DNA from: Antedon mediterranea
Lineage: Eukaryota; Animalia; Echinodermata
DNA: 64,000 nt
Direction of reading: 5' to 3'
Assembly (NCBI RefSeq): GCF_964355755.1
Contig: NC_092680.1
Coordinates: forward strand, 12,967,045-13,031,044
Position numbers and translations under genes: made by a program. The notes under the pieces were generated by a model. The model was not told the DNA's origin. It made no database searches and worked only from the letters and a program-made list of their open reading frames with translations. Below, piece by piece: positions 58,795-64,000 of this stretch (the first letter of the stretch is position 1; the number at the start of each line of letters is the position of its first letter).

Positions 58795-61700
58795 TTAACT
58801 CTCTTCAACAGGTAGTAATAATACCAATCTCTGAATTGCTCTTCTCAATCTTGTTATAGCTCCAGTATTTGTTGTCGATCGTACAATCACGTTGCGCACT
58901 CTATCATCATTGCTAACAATTGCTTCTTCAACTACTCCTGTCTTCCATTTACCTCGCTTAATTCCTTCTTCTTGTATTAATACTAAGTCGCCAACTTTCA
59001 AGTTCCTACATTCCGTTCTCCATTTCTTTTTCACAATCAATGACGTAAAATAACATTTGGTCCATTTCTGCCAGAACTCCTCTATCAGACACTGCATGTA
59101 TCTCATCCTTCTCGCATGACCTCCCCTGTCATTCCATGGTCACATAGGTGCCGCTTTATCAGATCTACCCAGCAACAAGTCGTTCGGACAAAGATACGTG
59201 CCATCTTCCGGACTAGTAGGATGTTGACCTATTGGTCTACTATTTAGCAGATCCGATATTTCAAATAACACGGTCTGTAGCTCCTCAAATGACAACACTT
59301 GTTCACCTACTGTATGAAATAGTGCTTTCTTTATGCCTTTAATTAAAGACTCAGTAACCCCATTTTGCCAAGGAGCATCCGGCGTACTATATGTCCACTG
59401 AAGATTATACTCCAGCGACGATTTCTTGAGTGTCTCATGCATCGCTGCCAACTGTGACCCACAGTCCGTAAATACTTCTGCTGGATATCCTCTTATCGCA
59501 GAAAACTTCCTAAATACTTTCTGAACTGCACCCTCACTGTAGTCAACCGCCAAATCGAGATGCACAGCTCTAGTCACTAGACAGTTTAGTATCACTCCAT
59601 AAGCCTTGCCTTGAGTCCTCTTCTGGACTTCACCTCTTACTCTGAATGGGCCGAACAGATCACACCCTACATAAGTCCACGGGGGTGACGGTTTTAATCT
59701 TTGGATAGGTAGTGATCCCATAATTTGTTCCTGCACTTTCCCTTCAAGGCGTCTGCAGCCCATACACTAGTTTCTTACTGATGATACTATGCGCCTTAAT
59801 CGGATTATCCAATATTTTGCTCTAACCTTTGCCATAGTAGCGCTCACTCCACTGTGAGATAATTTATGTACCTTCTCGGTATACAACTTAGAAAACGTAT
59901 GATCTGTTGGAAGTAGAGGTACTAGTTTGTTATTGTAACTGAAATGAACATGGTTCTTGATTCTCTCTCCCACTACCACGATTCCATCTTCGTCTATCAT
60001 CGGTCCTAAGCTACCATATTTGTTCGTAAATGCTACTGGCGTTTTAATCTTTAAGTCTCTTATCGGGCGTTGTACAGTCTTGATCCAATACCGTTCGGCT
60101 TCATATACGTCGTTCTCGTTCAGATCTATTCCAGCGGACTTAAAGCTTTTTTGCTTTGCTATGCGCTTAACCATGGCGGTTGTTTTTAACAATTTGTCGA
60201 AGCTTCCAAATCTTTTAATGTTAATAAGGCTTTCTATCACTTCCTCTACGTCTGCCACCATGATCACTCCAACTCTTTCTGGTATGTCCGAAACGCTACA
60301 ACTCTGAGAGATTGGCCATTGCTCTAAAGGATTTCTCATGAATTCTGGCCCCTGGAACCACTGTTTATTCTCTTCTAAACATTTGCTCGTAATACTCCTA
60401 GAAATAATATCTGCAATGTTATCTTTGCCAGCAACCCAGAACCAGTCAGTAGAGTCACTAAACTGCTGAATTTCTCCTATCCTGGTCGCAGCGAATGTTT
60501 TAAAACCATAGCTCTCTTTCTGTATCATGGATCGGACAATTTCGCTGTCTACTAGGTATAAAACCCTTACAAACGGGATTCTGCTCTCTTCTCTGATTGT
60601 TTTTGCTAGTCGCACACTCATTACTGCCGCGCTCAACTCCAACCTGACTATACTTGTTATTCTCACGGGGGCAACTCTACTTTTAGCAGCCATCAAGCGA
60701 GATTCGAAGACCCCAAGATTCGTCTCATATCTGATGTAGGCAACTGTCCCCATAGCTTCTTCTAAGGCATCTGAGAACATTATCAACGTAGGGTTTTCGC
60801 TTTGTTTGCTTGGTTTTTCACTTCGAGGTATTGAAACCTTTTCGCAATTTTTAACATCCTTTAGAAAGCTGCGCCATTCGTCTAAGTCTCCCGGCTCAAT
60901 TTCTTGATCCCAATCCATCTTCTTTCCCCACAAATTTCTCAGTAGTATCTTTGCTCTTACGGTCACCGGAGATAGTAACCCCAATGGATCATATATGGAA
61001 TTGGCTGCACCTAAGCATTTCCTCTTAGTCAGGCTTCCTATTTCTTCGCAGTACGTTGGTACTGGTACCTTTAGCTTATCGTCTCGGGGGTTCCATTCTA
61101 ACCCTAAAAATTTGGTAGTGTCCATGTTTACACCTGAGATGGTCCATTCTTTTACATTGAAACTTCCTTTGCTCAGTATAGCGTTGATCTCTTCGGATCT
61201 CTCGTAGGCCTTTTCTACGGTCTGTAGATTATCGGCTATGTCGTCCATATACACGTTTTCCTGTGGCGTTTGTGCTGCTTCCGGAAACAGTTCTGCCGAA
61301 AGCACTGCTGTCCTTTGTAGTGCTCTTATAGCCATAGTAGCAGATGGTCCATCTCCAAAATTCACCGCTGTGACACAATAAGTGTGAATTGGACGATCTA
61401 TCTCCATATTCCTCCAAAGAAAGCGATGGGTATGCTGGTCCAACATTGAAATATCAATACTGTGGTACATTTTCTTGATATCTCCTACTAAAGCAACTTG
61501 TTCTCTTCTAAATCGAAATAGAACGGCCAACAAGTTATTGTTAACGTCTGGTCCTTTGGCCCAATATTCGTTCAGCACATGGCCCTTATAGTTTGCACTA
61601 CTGTTAAAAACAATTCTTAAAGGTGTACTTTTACTGTCTGGTTTTGCTATTCCGTGATGTGATATGTAGTGAACAGGTCCTTTATAGCTCCTCATCTCAC

Positions 61701-63517
61701 TGTCAGATAACTTACGAGCAACTTTCCGCTCTAACATATCATCCATCTGTGAAGCATAGCACTCTGCATATTTCTCATTTTTCTGCAATCTCTTTTCGGT
61801 TGCTCTCAGTTTCGCTTCCGCAACCGATCGGTTGTCCGGTAAATCTTTAGGATCTCTGATCCATGGATATTTGGCTGTCCATTTACCATCTGAATAACTC
61901 AAACCTTCGTCAATAAGATTCAGTTCTCTTTCTTCCTTTAGGGTAAATCGTTTTTGACCTAATGGGACAATTGCCACACTTGCAACTTCCGCACTTCGGA
62001 TTGCAAGCAACTCCCATACTTTCTATATCAAGGAATTGCGAAGAAACCTGTTTTTCTATGTACGTAAGATTGGTCGCGTTAGACTCACTCCGACACACAG
62101 GATGTTTACCAAAAACCATTACTCCAAACGTCCCTTCACATAGAGCCAATTCTCCTTCAGTCCGCAGAATGTTCGGAAATAGACTTGCATTGTCAGCTCC
62201 TATCAACAATTCTACCGCACCTGTAGGTCTCTCTATCAGATGCTTTTCCACCTTGAAGATGTCAGCTAACTTCTCAGTGTCTTGAGGGAGTAGTCTGTTT
62301 GTAATGCGTGGCATCCCAAATACTTCTATTTTAATATATCCATTATACTTCGTCTTTAGCGGCAATGTATAACTGAATGTCTCGATTTGCTCAGTTTCAC
62401 CGCCAAATTTTGTCACGGAGACTGTCAGCGGCTTTCCTTTCAACTTTAGTTTTTCAGCTACGTCTGCCAATATAACGGATGACGTACTGGCCGTATCAAA
62501 CATCGCGTTGACTTTGGTTCCCCCTTTCGTTATCACGCTCTTGGCCATTAAGATACACAGCGCGTCAGTGCCGGTACTAGTCTGTTGCGACGTTGCGGTG
62601 TTCTGAGTATTTGAAGCTGGCTCTTTTTTCGGTGGAAAATGAATTAACGGGTGATGCTTCCTACTGCATCCATCCTTTCCACAATTTCCCAACTTACATG
62701 TTTTCACTTGATGCCCATGTTTGAGGCATCTGAAACAAACTCTTTTCTGTTTGATGACCTCTATTCGTTCTTGCATTGACATGGCCTTAAAACCTTTGCA
62801 GTCTTGCGTTTGGTGTTTAGCATTGTCATGTAAGATACAAGCAGCAATATCTGTGGGCTTCTCTGTAAATACCGTGTTGACAATGCTGCGTTGCTGTTTT
62901 GGTCTCTGATTAGTTTCGTGTAAGCTAGTCATCATATATTTCAAACTTTTGGCTTCTTCTTCTAGGTAGTCCAAAAGAATCTTCAGTTTACCGTCTTTTT
63001 CTATTTTATCTTTCGATTGAGGATCATGTATTAGTCTGACCCATCTTCTCTTTTGATCGTCGGGTAACCTACTCTCAATTTCACTTATTACTCTGGTATT
63101 GTTCATCTCGTGCTCTATTGCCATCCGCTTCAGATTTCGATGGCATGCTGAAATTAGATCTATGAACTCAACAAATTGTTTCTCTTCTCCTTCCTTTAAA
63201 GGATTTTGCTTCCTGGAGTCCTTTTGTACCGCCTCTTCTTGATCTTTTCTATGTTTATAAAAGAGTAGTCTGATCGCGCTATGAACGTCTATCCGTGGTA
63301 GCATCCATGCGTCTTCTTCCGCTTCTTTGTCAGCCTCAGTCAGATCTAGTATCTTCTCGTGCGCAATTTTTAAATTTTGGAATGACTCGTCCAACTCTTC
63401 ATACAAATCTTTTAACAACTCCGGTGGATGATTTGCGTGTACCGATGTTTTCATCTCCTCTGCCTTTGTTTTAAAGCTCCGTTCTCTCCTCCGTCTGTGC
63501 CTTTTTGCATCCTCCAT
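58795..63517 (-). pseudogene. BEL/Pao 1 gag-pol, broken by a frameshift (~61960) and two in-frame stops (~59767, ~59140)
   Basis: Zn knuckles CFRCLKHGH..C; protease AMFDTAS; RT (LRIVFN, GPD, DIKKMY, NFGD, YMDD); RNase H (FSDA, RLEL, DS, NIADIISR); integrase (GCDLFGPF, TDCGS, APWQNGVTE). Confidence 0.9.
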
Positions 63518-63551
63518 CTCTGTGCGTTGACAATCTTGAAAAGTGTTCGAA

Positions 63552-64000
63552 TGTTTCGATATTCAAACTGATAAAAACTCGTGAACTCAGATTGACTTGA
63601 ATATGGATTTATTGTGTCCCAACTGATTATCTCAAGTAGGTTGTTCGAACCTATCAATAAAAATACAATACTATACGTAAATCTTAGAACGTTTAAATCT
63701 AAGCTATTGATAATTAAAATTAAAGTTCAGCTCATGATCAAAGTGTATACTTAAACTTACACTTTTCGACATCCAAAACTCAACTCAAATTACTCAACAG
63801 CTTGAACATTGAAATGTTAAATATCACCTAAAAAAAACCACAAGAACGTTTATACATGTTAAATCATTCCGTAATATTATAAGCTCAAAACTAATAAAAG
63901 TAGATCAAATCGAAGTAATAAAATCTCTCCTTATCTTTCTACACTCAGAAACTTCTAACCCCAAAATACCATTAATCAGGGATCAACATTCACGAGCCGA
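63552..64000 (-). repeat. Part of the 5' LTR of BEL/Pao 1
   Basis: Near-identical to 46592-47040. Confidence 0.9.

Larger units (their letters stand above)
46592..64000 (-). mobile_element. BEL/Pao LTR retrotransposon 1 (outer element, degenerate, runs off the window)
   Basis: 3' LTR spans 46592-58727 (TGTTTCG...CGAAACA, interrupted by two insertions). 5' LTR from 63552 matches 46592-47040. PPT AAGGTGGGGGGAG at 58728-58740 on the minus strand. Gag-PR-RT-RH-IN order. Confidence 0.9.

Noticed and set aside
61910-62010. Programmed gag-pol frameshift in BEL/Pao 1
   Set aside because: BEL/Pao elements normally have one ORF. The shift falls inside a conserved Cys motif after the protease and the copy has other stops, so mutation is more likely.

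Overview
AT-rich, intron-containing animal (invertebrate-type) genomic DNA. Most short ORFs in the track are spurious, so gene models were rebuilt by hand from GT-AG splice sites. Left to right: (1) a complete 5-exon EEF1E1/AIMP3 gene (+, 310-2790). (2) A 4-exon minus-strand type I membrane protein gene, 'gene A' (5719-12662): signal peptide, one short 4-Cys sushi-like module, TM helix, and a ~320-aa tyrosine-motif-bearing tail. (3) Head-to-head with it, a ~21-exon plus-strand receptor gene, 'gene B' (21961-~41456, ~970 aa): signal peptide, WSC, 3 sushi/CCP, TM, and TWO tandem tyrosine-kinase-like pseudokinase domains, both carrying VCPMLCC in place of HRDLAARN. (4) A near-identical 7.7-kb tandem duplication (7492-15228 / 15229-22966) covering the shared promoter and both first exons. 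(5) A start-less paralogue of gene A exon 1 with a conserved promoter at ~46.2-46.4 kb. (6) A nested transposon stack from 46.6 kb to the window end: a minus-strand BEL/Pao element whose 3' LTR holds a TTAA-flanked TIR element and a second, RT-deleted BEL/Pao element, whose integrase is in turn interrupted by a CR1/L2-type LINE with an intact ORF2 and a 2A-like leader. Many MITEs and helitron-type relics lie in introns. The best candidate for an undescribed system is the divergent gene A / gene B receptor pair. No database searches were run; all family assignments come from motif recognition.
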